NCBI GenBank assembly: GCA_023250585.1
Contig: JAHFAK010000002.1
Location: 2,514-60,477, forward strand
Direction: 5' to 3'
DNA length: 57,964 nt
Source: Deltaproteobacteria bacterium
Lineage (GTDB): Bacteria > Bdellovibrionota_F > JAHFAK01
This document shows positions 1 to 9,432 of the stretch, in pieces. The notes beneath the pieces are model-generated. The model saw nothing but the letters and a program-made list of their open reading frames with translations, had not been told where the DNA came from and did not search any database. The translations under genes were made by a program, and so were the position numbers. Each line of letters starts with the position of its first letter. The first letter of the stretch is position 1.

Positions 1-1
1 T

Positions 2-457
2 ATGTACATACAAATAGTAAAACATATCATGAAGATACGAAATCTTAATAGGGCCCAAATAGCCAAATGTGCAGGAATTTCTCGTGCAGCAGTTACAAAG
101 TGGTTTAGTAAAGGACAGACAATCAATTGGGTAAATGTTGAGACAAAAACGATTATTCGCCTTGCAGAACATTTACATGTACCGCCAGAAATATTCTTAC
201 AAACAAGAGTTAATCTTGCCCGCATGTCTCATCGATTTTTGTGGGATAGGCTCTATCCTGATATGGAATCATTTATAGAGGCGCTTTCAAAACATGATCT
301 GCCCGCAGTTGCGCGTCTTGTTCAGATTGTTGGATTTAAAGAAGCAAAAGATATTATAGGAAAAGGTATTGTAGAATTATTTCCTCAGTACAAACAATTT
401 ATTAAACCTATGCGACGAAAAGAATTGGAGATTCTATGGCCCCGTTTTGAAAAATAA
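2..457 (+). CDS. XRE/Cro-C1-type helix-turn-helix DNA-binding protein
   Basis: The segment NRAQIAKCAGISRAAVTKWFSKGQ is a typical HTH_3-like helix-turn-helix. The C-terminal ~90 aa are unassigned. The ORF opens at the window edge, and the ATG at 29 (MKIRNL...) is a more likely start. Confidence 0.55.
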   Translation: MYIQIVKHIMKIRNLNRAQIAKCAGISRAAVTKWFSKGQTINWVNVETKTIIRLAEHLHVPPEIFLQTRVNLARMSHRFLWDRLYPDMESFIEALSKHDLPAVARLVQIVGFKEAKDIIGKGIVELFPQYKQFIKPMRRKELEILWPRFEK

Positions 458-463
458 AAAATA

Positions 464-505
464 GGTGCCACGCTACTTCCGAAACAAAAAGAACATGTAC
501 TTTAT
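464..505 (+). repeat. Intergenic repeat copy 1 (GGTGCCACGCTACTTCCGAAAC...CATGTACTTTAT)
   Basis: About 42 nt, near-identical to 4817-4859. It begins a few nt after the stop codon of the upstream + strand gene. Its 5' module GGTGnnACGCTACTnCCG also occurs at 20465 and 43894. Confidence 0.7.
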
Positions 506-509
506 ATTC

Positions 510-538
510 TTGCAAATTCACTCATCACCTACTATAAG
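510..538 (+). promoter_or_regulatory. Candidate sigma-70-type promoter of the giant exoprotein gene
   Basis: TTGCAA (510-515), a 17-nt spacer, then TATAAG (533-538), about 33 nt upstream of the ATG at 571. GAGGAG precedes the ATG. Confidence 0.35.
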
Positions 539-570
539 AATGGAATTACAAACTAACATAGAGGAGTATT

Positions 571-3500
571 ATGATGAAGAATATTTTCTCTGGTGTGTTT
601 TTCATTGGTTTATTCTTGAGTTTCAACGTATCAGTTTATAGTTCTCGAATCAGCATGCCTGTTAAGAAGCCTTTTAATCATTGTCCCGACTGTGGGTTTT
701 ATTTTAGTGAATTTGCTCAAACTCCAAATCCTTATGGTTGGCCTCTTCTTCATCCGGGTAAAGATGCTAATTTCCCTGGGGATAATGGATCTCCCTTATA
801 TGCTATTGCGGACGGACAAGTTTCATGTGTGTCTCCATTAGGTGGAACAGATGGAAATACTCCTACGGCATGGGGTAGTATTGTAATTCGACATACTATC
901 AATGGAGAAACTCTCTATTCACAATATGGACATGCACAAACGATCTATGTAAGAACAGGAGATTCGGTAAAACGGGGACAACTCATCGGAGAAGTTGGAG
1001 AGGTTGGAGCTGCGGGTTTTCCTCATTTACATTGGGAGATTAGAACAGCAAATCATCCTGCTGCCCTCAATAACTGTAATGCAAGTTATTGGAATCATGG
1101 AACTCGAAATCCATTAACTTCCGAACAATATTCACATTCTCCTCCTACTGATTCTGAAGGATTTCAAAATGCTCATAACATTTATACTTGGTATCGAAAT
1201 CCCGAAGAAACAGTTATTAATGCATCAATGAATGCTAAACGGAATGAGTCTTTGTATTTACATCTTCGTGAAGTAGCGAATGCAGACGAGCAATTTAATT
1301 TTCACTCGGTTCCTTGGTATAATCATTATCCACAAGATAACAATGGAAATATCATAGGAACAACTTTCCCTTTTAATATTTTCTCGTATTATTCGTATAC
1401 TAAAGATAATAGCAGCGAAGCTAATGATAAAAATTGTTATATTAAAGTATTTGTAAGTCCTTTAGGAAGGTATCGTGCAATTGTTTATGATCATGTTGAT
1501 ATAGCAACAGAATCCTACTCTGTGGGGTATCCTTTCTTACAAGATCAGAGCGTCGGATGGATGACTCATGGAGGTCCAACGTCGGTAATGAGAATGCCAA
1601 CGTCAAACGAATTTATTGCGAAATTTTTCCCATTAACCCTTCGGCAAAACTTTAAATATGGTTATTTAAGTTATAATTTTGGTGAACATACTGTGCGCAT
1701 GTATAATTGGGCCAACCAGCAATTGTTTTTTAGTGAAAATCCAGCCGAGCAGGATAGACCAGCTGTGTATGTTCCTGGAGGATTTCAGCATCAAGGTACT
1801 ACTCCTAAATGGGAATCCATGACATCATACCTTTTCACTGATGCGTATAATAGGAATACTTCTTTTATGGTTTATTATGTACCGGATGATCATGTAAGTA
1901 CCAATGAACCAAGAAACACCTATGAACAACTCTTTGTGAGAAGCAATAATAACAGTTATCTTCCTGTAACTGTTTTAATCGTAGCAAATCAGAATGAACG
2001 AGAAGTCGATTATAGTAATCTATCTATTCCCGCCTTACGAGATGCAAATAAATCTATTACTTCATCCGATCTTGGAGGAAGGAATGCATACATTCTTCGT
2101 TATTTCTTGAATGAGTATTATCAAAATTTTGGACAATACGGTCTTCCAATATCTGATGAAATATCCATTACAGCAGGGCAAGAGAGAGCGATTGTACAAT
2201 ATTTTGAAAACAGGGTTCTTGTATATAATCAAAGAAAGACTATTCCAAGACAAGCATACACATATGAAGATTTTACTAATAATTGGTGTTTATATATATA
2301 TAATCTAGCCGAGACACAATCTCAATGTAATAGAACAAACAATGCGGCTTTACGATCGAGAAGATTAGTAGCAACTACTGCACTACTCGTTCAACAAGGC
2401 AAGCTCCAAGTTCCAGGAATAAATAATCGCGAAGATTCATTACTCTATGCGCAAAGATTGGAACTGGTTGCTAGGAACGAGGATTCATTAACGAATATGC
2501 TTGGTGATAATCAAGATGAATCGCAACAGAAACCCGATCTAACTTTAAAAATACTGACGATCAATAACTTGCCTCCTCAAGAATTTACCTATCTCGCTGG
2601 CTCACCAAGTTTAGGAATTCAATCGATCGTTACTAATGGAGGAAGAGGGACGTCGGTACATGAATCAACTCTTACTTTTGTTATTAGTAAAGATGATACG
2701 TATTCAGCGGATGATTATGTGTTTGAAAAGGTCTATCTTCCGTTCTTACTTCCAAATCAAAGTTATAATTTTCAAATACTATTTGATTTACCGCAGAATT
2801 TTTCTTCGGGGACGTATTATCTCATTGCCTACGCTGACGGTGAATTTAACATTGAAGAAGAAAATGAAAATAATAATTATCATGTAGTTAGAGTACACAT
2901 CACAGGGGCCATGCGTGATATTGATAAGGATGGCTATTTTTCTATTGAAACCGGCGGAACCGATTGCGATGATGCCAACTCAGATGTCTATCCCGGGAAG
3001 ACGGATAGAGCAAATAATGGCATTGATGAAGATTGCAATGGATTCGATTATACGCGCGAACCTCTTGATTGGATTGCAAACCCCATTGATAATGTACAAA
3101 CGATTATTGAAAACATGTCCCCGGGCGATACGCTCATCTTTGGTCCCGGTATTTATCATATTCAAGGCCAATTATATAGTAATAAAAAAATATTCATTAC
3201 AAGCTCTCAAGGTCCGGAAAAAACAATTATTGATGGAACAGGGGTTTTTAATGCATCAATTGTTTTTGAAGGAACAAATGCTAATAACTCGATTCTCGAA
3301 GGAGTTACGGTAATGAATGCCCCTGATCACTGTATCGAAATTCTCGGAACAGCGCTCCTTATTAAAAATGTTATTATTCATGATTGTTCACGAAGCGGTA
3401 TACACATCATCAATATGCCCGACGTAATCGCGATTGAATCAGCGCTCATCTATAATAATGGACAAGATGGCGTTCAAGTCTTTGATTCACAGGTTGCACT

Positions 3501-4812
3501 TCAAGCTTCGACTCTCGTGAATAATAGAGGCTATGGAATGTGGGCAACCGGCGGACATAAACTGTGGTTGTATGCGAATATCTTTGCATACAATTATTTA
3601 GAAGGCCTTGATGTTCCAACGGCTACGGATCCTCGTATCTATAGAAATATTATCTATGGAAACGGCAGAAATAATAATGCATGGATATTAAATAATCCCG
3701 AAGTCATTCAAGAGGATCCTCGATTTATTAATCGAGAGGCTGGCAATTATAAGTTAAGTCCCTATTCTCCGGCAATTGATCGATGCTATAATTGTTTAAG
3801 CAATCCCGTTCAATACGATTATAACAACGATCCGCGTGTAGTTGGCTCAAGTATGGATATTGGAGCAGATGAGTTTACACGAGAAAGTTACGCAAAAGAT
3901 CTCTGCAAAAATCTTGAAGTAGAAACAGGAATGTATGAATATCATCAATGGATGATAGAATACGCGCCGTTACAACAGGTGATTGATCAATGTATCAGCG
4001 ATGGAGACAGACTCTTCGTTCATCCTGGTATATATGCTATTCCATCAGGGATAGATTTCAAAGGGAAAAATTTCAAACTATTCAGTGTCAAAGGTGCCGA
4101 AAAAACAATACTCGATGGAAAACAGTCAGCTTTAAGATGTGTTTTTATAGGAAGTGGAGAAAACTATGGTGCTCATCTTAAAGGATTTACGATCGAGAAT
4201 TGTGTCTATTATGGAATTGATATTCGGAATTCATCGCCTCAAATTTCAAGTAACATTTTGAGAAACAATGGGTCTTTTGGATTTCTTATTGAAAATTCAC
4301 CGAATAATTCTACTCTTGTAATAAGCAATCTTATCTATAAAAATGGGCGTGGCGGTGGATACGTATTAAATAGCAAAACATCAATTCAAGGAAATACGAT
4401 AGTACAAAACAGCGATTTTGGTATTTGGATTGATAATCCAGTAGCTCCCAGTGATTATTGCTCCTCCTGCGATTATTACAATATATATGCGTATAACCAA
4501 GGAATCGGTTTAAAGATAGGTACATCAAATACGAGTTGGAAAATGAGAGTTTATCGATCCGACTTTTATAAAAATGGCATTCCCCAAGATACGAATTATT
4601 TTGATGAAGGAAGTGTTGCGTGGTTTGAAAATCCACAATTTAGAAATTATGAGGTCGAAGATTATTATCTTTTAGAAAATTCCTATGTGGTCAACAAGGT
4701 CTATGGGGATTATACCAATCCTCTTGATTATGATGTTCATGGTAATTCTCGAAGAATTTGTTCCTCTATGGATTTGGGTGCTCTCGAGAATCAGGAAGTT
4801 ACGTGTGAATAA
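571..4812 (+). CDS. Giant secreted multidomain protein: M23 peptidase, CARDB-like domain, Cys-rich metal-binding-type motif and two right-handed beta-helix modules
   Basis: N-terminal signal peptide (FFIGLFLSFNVSVYSS). M23 motifs HPGKD (HxxxD) and HLHWE (HxH). CARDB-like segment KPDLTLKI...EENENNNY. DKDGY...DCDDANSDVYPG...DEDCNG resembles the myxobacterial putative metal-binding repeat. Two blocks of parallel beta-helix-like repeats each end in D(I/L)GA(D/L)E. Confidence 0.75.
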   Translation: MMKNIFSGVFFIGLFLSFNVSVYSSRISMPVKKPFNHCPDCGFYFSEFAQTPNPYGWPLLHPGKDANFPGDNGSPLYAIADGQVSCVSPLGGTDGNTPTAWGSIVIRHTINGETLYSQYGHAQTIYVRTGDSVKRGQLIGEVGEVGAAGFPHLHWEIRTANHPAALNNCNASYWNHGTRNPLTSEQYSHSPPTDSEGFQNAHNIYTWYRNPEETVINASMNAKRNESLYLHLREVANADEQFNFHSVPWYNHYPQDNNGNIIGTTFPFNIFSYYSYTKDNSSEANDKNCYIKVFVSPLGRYRAIVYDHVDIATESYSVGYPFLQDQSVGWMTHGGPTSVMRMPTSNEFIAKFFPLTLRQNFKYGYLSYNFGEHTVRMYNWANQQLFFSENPAEQDRPAVYVPGGFQHQGTTPKWESMTSYLFTDAYNRNTSFMVYYVPDDHVSTNEPRNTYEQLFVRSNNNSYLPVTVLIVANQNEREVDYSNLSIPALRDANKSITSSDLGGRNAYILRYFLNEYYQNFGQYGLPISDEISITAGQERAIVQYFENRVLVYNQRKTIPRQAYTYEDFTNNWCLYIYNLAETQSQCNRTNNAALRSRRLVATTALLVQQGKLQVPGINNREDSLLYAQRLELVARNEDSLTNMLGDNQDESQQKPDLTLKILTINNLPPQEFTYLAGSPSLGIQSIVTNGGRGTSVHESTLTFVISKDDTYSADDYVFEKVYLPFLLPNQSYNFQILFDLPQNFSSGTYYLIAYADGEFNIEEENENNNYHVVRVHITGAMRDIDKDGYFSIETGGTDCDDANSDVYPGKTDRANNGIDEDCNGFDYTREPLDWIANPIDNVQTIIENMSPGDTLIFGPGIYHIQGQLYSNKKIFITSSQGPEKTIIDGTGVFNASIVFEGTNANNSILEGVTVMNAPDHCIEILGTALLIKNVIIHDCSRSGIHIINMPDVIAIESALIYNNGQDGVQVFDSQVALQASTLVNNRGYGMWATGGHKLWLYANIFAYNYLEGLDVPTATDPRIYRNIIYGNGRNNNAWILNNPEVIQEDPRFINREAGNYKLSPYSPAIDRCYNCLSNPVQYDYNNDPRVVGSSMDIGADEFTRESYAKDLCKNLEVETGMYEYHQWMIEYAPLQQVIDQCISDGDRLFVHPGIYAIPSGIDFKGKNFKLFSVKGAEKTILDGKQSALRCVFIGSGENYGAHLKGFTIENCVYYGIDIRNSSPQISSNILRNNGSFGFLIENSPNNSTLVISNLIYKNGRGGGYVLNSKTSIQGNTIVQNSDFGIWIDNPVAPSDYCSSCDYYNIYAYNQGIGLKIGTSNTSWKMRVYRSDFYKNGIPQDTNYFDEGSVAWFENPQFRNYEVEDYYLLENSYVVNKVYGDYTNPLDYDVHGNSRRICSSMDLGALENQEVTCE

Positions 4813-4816
4813 GGAA

Positions 4817-4879
4817 GGATGCCACGCTAGTTCCGAAACAAAAAAAGCATGTACTTTATTTTACGAGAGTAGCGTGGCA
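4817..4879 (+). repeat. Intergenic repeat copy 2 with a long-loop hairpin
   Basis: 4817-4859 matches 464-505. TGCCACGCTA (4820-4829) pairs with TAGCGTGGCA (4870-4879). It lies between the convergent stops of the giant gene and fic. Confidence 0.7.
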
Positions 4880-4883
4880 CGTT

Positions 4884-5693
4884 TTATTTCTTCTGTAAAT
4901 TCTTCAATAACCTTACATAATCTTTTTGGCTTTCATAGACAAGTTCAGCTAGAAAATGGATGAACGGTTTAAAGTCTCCATTGTTTCCTTGGTACACTAC
5001 ATCCAAATATTCACCACGTTTAATCGGCGGAATAATGGTAATCGGATAATTGTTTTTAAAAAGAAAAAGATTCATGAGGAGTCGAGCACAGCGACCATTA
5101 CCATCTATAAATGGATGAATGTTGACGAATTTTGAGTGGACTAGGGCTGCACATTCAACTGGATGTATTTCTTTCTTAAACGAATTTATCTCAGTGATGA
5201 AGCTGTTCATGAGAGAAGGCAGTTCTTTTGGTGCAGGAAAGACAGTATCTCGGCCTGTTACAATAACGCCTACTTTTCGATATGTTCCGGCATTTTTTAT
5301 ATCGATACGATAATAAAAAAGTCTATGAAGTTCCATTATATAATGTTCATCAATCGTGTTTTTCTGAACCAGCGTATACAGTAAATCATAAGCTTCGCTA
5401 TGCCCAAGAGCTTCTTGATGATCACGAATTGGTTTTCCACCGATGGTAATTCCATCTTCAAGAACAATTTTTGTTTCGCTTTCAGTGAGCGAATTTCCTT
5501 CGAGCGCATTACTCGTGTAGGTAAAACTAATGCGATAGTATTCTTTGAGTTGCTTGAGAATTTCTTTATCGAAAGGTTTATATTTTTCTATTTCCTTTTG
5601 GTTGTTAGTAATTTTTTCAAATAAATTATTCATATCTACAAAACGTACCAGATCACATGAGACCATATCAAATGTAAAATAATAAATACTCAT
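4884..5693 (-). CDS. Fic family protein (class II, intramolecular inhibitory helix)
   Basis: Fic core motif HPFIDGNGRCARLL (HxFx[DE]GNGRxxR). The upstream SNALEG matches the inhibitory [ST]xxxE[GN] motif. The ATG at 5633 (MNNLFEK) is an alternative start. Confidence 0.85.
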   Translation of the reverse strand: MSIYYFTFDMVSCDLVRFVDMNNLFEKITNNQKEIEKYKPFDKEILKQLKEYYRISFTYTSNALEGNSLTESETKIVLEDGITIGGKPIRDHQEALGHSEAYDLLYTLVQKNTIDEHYIMELHRLFYYRIDIKNAGTYRKVGVIVTGRDTVFPAPKELPSLMNSFITEINSFKKEIHPVECAALVHSKFVNIHPFIDGNGRCARLLMNLFLFKNNYPITIIPPIKRGEYLDVVYQGNNGDFKPFIHFLAELVYESQKDYVRLLKNLQKK

Positions 5694-5703
5694 ACATGAA
5701 CAC

Positions 5704-5731
5704 TTGACTTCCTCATTTCTTGACTTATAGA
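5704..5731 (+). promoter_or_regulatory. Candidate sigma-70-type promoter of the nuo operon
   Basis: TTGACT (5704-5709), a 16-nt spacer, then TATAGA (5726-5731), about 30 nt upstream of the nuoA ATG. No clear Shine-Dalgarno sequence, so this is weak. Confidence 0.3.
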
Positions 5732-5759
5732 GAGGGTATAACCTAGTATACTCAATGCG

Positions 5760-6143
5760 ATGATTTACGAGTATTTACATATATTTACGTTTATTGCTCT
5801 CTCTATCTTATTAGTATTTGTTACGCTTCTTGTTCAACGGTTTTTAGCGCCTCGTTTTACGAATAAAATGAAATCAAGCACCTATGAATGCGCCGAAGAA
5901 CCGGTCGGCCCGGCATGGATTAATTTCAATGCGCGATTTTATATTATTGCGCTTATATTTATTATTTTTGATGTAGAGATTGCATTTATGTTTCCTGTAG
6001 CAACGAGTTTTTTAAGTTGGGTTCAGCAGGGAAAAGGGCTCATTGCTTTTATTGAGATATTTTTATTCGCATTTGTTTTATTTATTGGCCTTATTTATGT
6101 GTGGGCAAAAAAGGATTTAGAATGGAAAAAAGAGATCACATAG
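5760..6143 (+). CDS. nuoA: NADH-quinone oxidoreductase subunit A
   Basis: 127 aa with three predicted TM helices. ND3/NuoA-like [10 protein letters not shown] motif. First gene of a colinear nuo cluster. Confidence 0.9.
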   Translation: MIYEYLHIFTFIALSILLVFVTLLVQRFLAPRFTNKMKSSTYECAEEPVGPAWINFNARFYIIALIFIIFDVEIAFMFPVATSFLSWVQQGKGLIAFIEIFLFAFVLFIGLIYVWAKKDLEWKKEIT

Positions 6144-6679
6144 AAACTCGAGAAGAATACAGAACGAAAGAGAATGAAGTCCAAGAATGGAGCGCGTATC
6201 AAAAGCTCTCTGATAATGTTCTTTTTACATCCCTTGATAAAATTTTAAATTTGGGACGAGCAAATTCATTGTGGTATTTGCTTTTCGGAACTGCGTGCTG
6301 TGCAATTGAGCTTATGCAAACTGGTGGGCCTCGTGCTGATCTTGACCGCTTCGGATCAGTCTTTAGACCGACTCCTCGACAATGTGATTTAATCATTATT
6401 GCGGGTACCGTGACTCTTAAAATGGCATCGCGAATAAAAATACTCTACGACCAAATGCCGGAACCAAAGTATGTCATTTCTATGGGAAGCTGTGCAAATT
6501 GTGGAGGGCTTTTTGATCTTGGATATTCAGTGCTGCGTGGCATTGATAAAGTTATTCCCGTGGATGTCTATGTTCCTGGTTGTCCTCCACGACCTGAAGC
6601 ATTGACTGAAGGACTCTTAGTACTCCAGCAGAAAGTCAAAAACGAAAAATTTTTAGTCAAAGAAAAAAAATCAATTTAA
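6122..6679 (+). CDS. nuoB: NADH-quinone oxidoreductase subunit B
   Basis: Cysteine motifs [13 protein letters not shown] and GCPPRPE of the cluster N2 subunit. I chose the ATG at 6122, preceded by AAGGA. The ORF track opens at a GTG at 6101. Confidence 0.9.
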   Translation: MEKRDHIETREEYRTKENEVQEWSAYQKLSDNVLFTSLDKILNLGRANSLWYLLFGTACCAIELMQTGGPRADLDRFGSVFRPTPRQCDLIIIAGTVTLKMASRIKILYDQMPEPKYVISMGSCANCGGLFDLGYSVLRGIDKVIPVDVYVPGCPPRPEALTEGLLVLQQKVKNEKFLVKEKKSI

Positions 6680-6690
6680 AATTATTATTT

Positions 6691-7194
6691 ATGGAAACTT
6701 TACATACAAGATTACAAGAAAAATTTCCCAATGCGCAGGTAACATTTGCAAATCTTGAAGCGGGTGATCATTATATTATTGTTGATACAGCTCATCTTCA
6801 TTCTATTATTTCATATCTAAAAATTGACGAACACTACACGATACTCATGTGTCTTTCGGGTGCAGAAGATTCGGAATTTTTACAATCAGTGTATCATTTG
6901 TTTTCTGAGAGCTCTCGAAAAAAAGTAACTCTAAAAGTAAGATTGCCCAAAGATAATCCTGAAGTTGAAACGATTGGCGATCTTTGGCCAGGAGCTTATT
7001 TTTTTGAACGAGAAGCATATGATCTTTTTGGAATTATCTATAAAAATCATCCTGATTTGCGACGAATTATGCTTCCTGAAGATTGGATAGGGCATCCACT
7101 AAGAAAGAATTATATAGATCCGATACAGTATCAGGATATTAATAATGAACGAGCGTATCCTTGTGATGTTCCAAATGTGACTGAGAAAAAGTAA
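6691..7194 (+). CDS. nuoC: NADH-quinone oxidoreductase subunit C
   Basis: 30-kDa subunit signature FFEREAYDLFGIIYKNHPDLRRI. Separate from nuoD, not fused. Confidence 0.9.
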   Translation: METLHTRLQEKFPNAQVTFANLEAGDHYIIVDTAHLHSIISYLKIDEHYTILMCLSGAEDSEFLQSVYHLFSESSRKKVTLKVRLPKDNPEVETIGDLWPGAYFFEREAYDLFGIIYKNHPDLRRIMLPEDWIGHPLRKNYIDPIQYQDINNERAYPCDVPNVTEKK

Positions 7195-7195
7195 T

Positions 7196-8323
7196 ATGTA
7201 TGAATTAGAAAAAAACAATGATAATACGATGACTCTCAACATGGGTCCGCATCATCCGAGTACACATGGAGTATTACGATTCATTTTGGAGATGGATGGA
7301 GAAATTATTCTCAGCGTGAAGCCTGATGTTGGCTATTTACATCGCTCAATTGAAAAAATTGGTGAACGAGTAACATATCCCGCGTTTATGCCTTATACCG
7401 ATCGTGTTGATTATGTAGCTGCCGCAAATTGTAATGTTGGATATGCATTGGCTGTAGAAAAACTTATGGGTATTGAAACTCCTGAACGAGCTCAGTATTT
7501 ACGTGTTATTGTTTCAGAGCTCAATCGAATCATCAGTCATCTTTTAATGACCGGCGTTCTTGCCATGGACCTTGGCGCATACACGCCTTTTTTACATGCC
7601 GTACGAGAACGAGAAAAAATTAATGATATTTTTGAGATTTTATGTGGAGCACGCCTTACCTATAATTTAGCAACGATCGGAGGCATGCCTTTTGATATTA
7701 AAGAGACAACCATTAGAAAATGTCTAGAAATTTTAGAAGGTTTAAAGAAATTTCTTAAAGAATTTGATGACCTTGTCACCAACAATGCTATTTTTATAAG
7801 TAGACTTGCCAATATTGGAGTCATCGATAAAGAAACCGCAAAAGCATTCATGCTTTCAGGCCCTAATCTCCGTGCAGCTGGGGCTCACTGGGATTTACGA
7901 AAAAACGAAACTTATTTTCTCTATGATCGATTCAAATTTGATATTGCAGTAGGAAGCGGAAAAGCCGGAACCCTTGGAGATTCCTACGATCGTTTTTCAG
8001 TGCGCATGAAAGAGATCGAAACGTCAATTTCAATACTTGAACAAGCATTTAAAAGTCTTCCCAGTGGTGAAGTCCAAGCAAAATTGCCAAAAACATTAAA
8101 GCCTCCAAAAGGTGAAGTATATGTTCGAACTGAAAGTGCGCGAGGCGAACTTGGGTATTACATTATTAGTGATGGCACAGCAAAAGCTTCGCGAATTAAA
8201 ATTAGAACGGGGTCCTTTGCGGCGATTTCAATTCTCGATAAAATTGGTAGAGGTTTAATGTTGAGTGATTTAGTTGCCTTTATGGCAAGCCTTGATTTAA
8301 TTGCACCCGAGATAGATAGATAA
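7196..8323 (+). CDS. nuoD: NADH-quinone oxidoreductase subunit D
   Basis: 49-kDa subunit N-terminus LNMGPHHPSTHGVLR and C-terminal SLDLIAPEIDR. Confidence 0.9.
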   Translation: MYELEKNNDNTMTLNMGPHHPSTHGVLRFILEMDGEIILSVKPDVGYLHRSIEKIGERVTYPAFMPYTDRVDYVAAANCNVGYALAVEKLMGIETPERAQYLRVIVSELNRIISHLLMTGVLAMDLGAYTPFLHAVREREKINDIFEILCGARLTYNLATIGGMPFDIKETTIRKCLEILEGLKKFLKEFDDLVTNNAIFISRLANIGVIDKETAKAFMLSGPNLRAAGAHWDLRKNETYFLYDRFKFDIAVGSGKAGTLGDSYDRFSVRMKEIETSISILEQAFKSLPSGEVQAKLPKTLKPPKGEVYVRTESARGELGYYIISDGTAKASRIKIRTGSFAAISILDKIGRGLMLSDLVAFMASLDLIAPEIDR

Positions 8324-9432
8324 TGAATAACATAGCGATAACTCTCCATAACTTCATTATAGAAAATTTTGGTATTGATATAAACTTGTCTCTTGCCATT
8401 AGTTACTTTCTTATCGCGCTTATTTTTTGGAGTTTCTTAGGGGTTATCGGAGGATTGCTTACATTTCTTGAACGAAGAGTTGCAGGACGTATTCAGTCTC
8501 GTATTGGACCTAATCGTGTTGGTCCACAGGGAATATTCCAAATGCTTGCGGATGGAATCAAATTGGTTCTTAAAGAGGATCTGATTCCAGCTCTTGCTGA
8601 TAAACCTCTTTTTCGTATGGCTCCCTATTTATGCGTTATTGGAGTTTTTTCTGCCCTTGTTGTTATTCCCTTTAGCAGTGATATTGTCGTAGCGGATTTA
8701 AATGTTGGAGTATTGTATGCCCTTGCTATAACGACGATGGTAGTTATGGGAATTTTAATGGGAAGTTGGGCATCAAACAATAAATGGTCATTACTCGGTG
8801 GCTTACGAAGTGCTGCTCAAATTGTAAGTTATGAAATACCGGCGGCTCTTTCAGTTCTTTCAATTGTTTTGATTACGGGATCCTTAAGTATGCAAGATAT
8901 AATTCGTGCCCAAGGAGCATGGCCTCATCAGTGGTTTTTCTTCCATAATCCAGGAACATTTGTTGCTTTTTTTATATTCTTTACCTCAGCCCTTGCCGAA
9001 AATAACCGCGTTCCTTTTGATATTCCAGAAGCTGAATCGGAGCTTGTTGCCGGCTACAATACTGAATATTCAGGAATGCGTTTTAGTTTCTTTTTTTTAG
9101 CAGAATTTGCAAATGTCTTTATCATTTCTAGTCTTGCGGTAATCTTCTTTTTTGGTGGTTGGCAAATACCACATTTTTTAATAAGTGAAAATCACATTAT
9201 AACAAATATAATCATGATTGCGAATTTTTTATTCAAAACATTTGTGTTTATTTTTATTGTCTTATGGCTACGCTGGACCTTGCCACGTTTACGTGTTGAT
9301 CAACTCATGACTATGTGCTGGAAGTATCTAATTCCGATTTCCTTTATCTGTTTATGTATAACCGCAAGCTTTGTCCTCTTCTTTGGAGGAAAAAGTATGA
9401 TCGCTGTTTTTATTGGTAGGATTACACAATGA
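8323..9432 (+). CDS. nuoH: NADH-quinone oxidoreductase subunit H
   Basis: ND1 signatures LERRVAGRIQSRIGPNRVGP and EAESELVAGYNTEYSG. Its start overlaps the nuoD stop by 1 nt. Confidence 0.9.
   Translation: MNNIAITLHNFIIENFGIDINLSLAISYFLIALIFWSFLGVIGGLLTFLERRVAGRIQSRIGPNRVGPQGIFQMLADGIKLVLKEDLIPALADKPLFRMAPYLCVIGVFSALVVIPFSSDIVVADLNVGVLYALAITTMVVMGILMGSWASNNKWSLLGGLRSAAQIVSYEIPAALSVLSIVLITGSLSMQDIIRAQGAWPHQWFFFHNPGTFVAFFIFFTSALAENNRVPFDIPEAESELVAGYNTEYSGMRFSFFFLAEFANVFIISSLAVIFFFGGWQIPHFLISENHIITNIIMIANFLFKTFVFIFIVLWLRWTLPRLRVDQLMTMCWKYLIPISFICLCITASFVLFFGGKSMIAVFIGRITQ

Noticed and set aside
2062-4636. Several 60-130-aa ORFs in other frames or strands inside the giant gene, and similar ones inside the fad, nuo and lipoprotein genes (for example 25548-26027 and 28199-28672)
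   Set aside because: They are embedded in or antisense to long ORFs with clear family motifs. They have a low-complexity AT-rich codon pattern and no RBS.
8323-8323. Possibility that nuoEFG were recently deleted, leaving a scar
   Set aside because: The nuoD stop and the nuoH start share a nucleotide, and there is no spacer or gene remnant. The 11-gene arrangement looks native.
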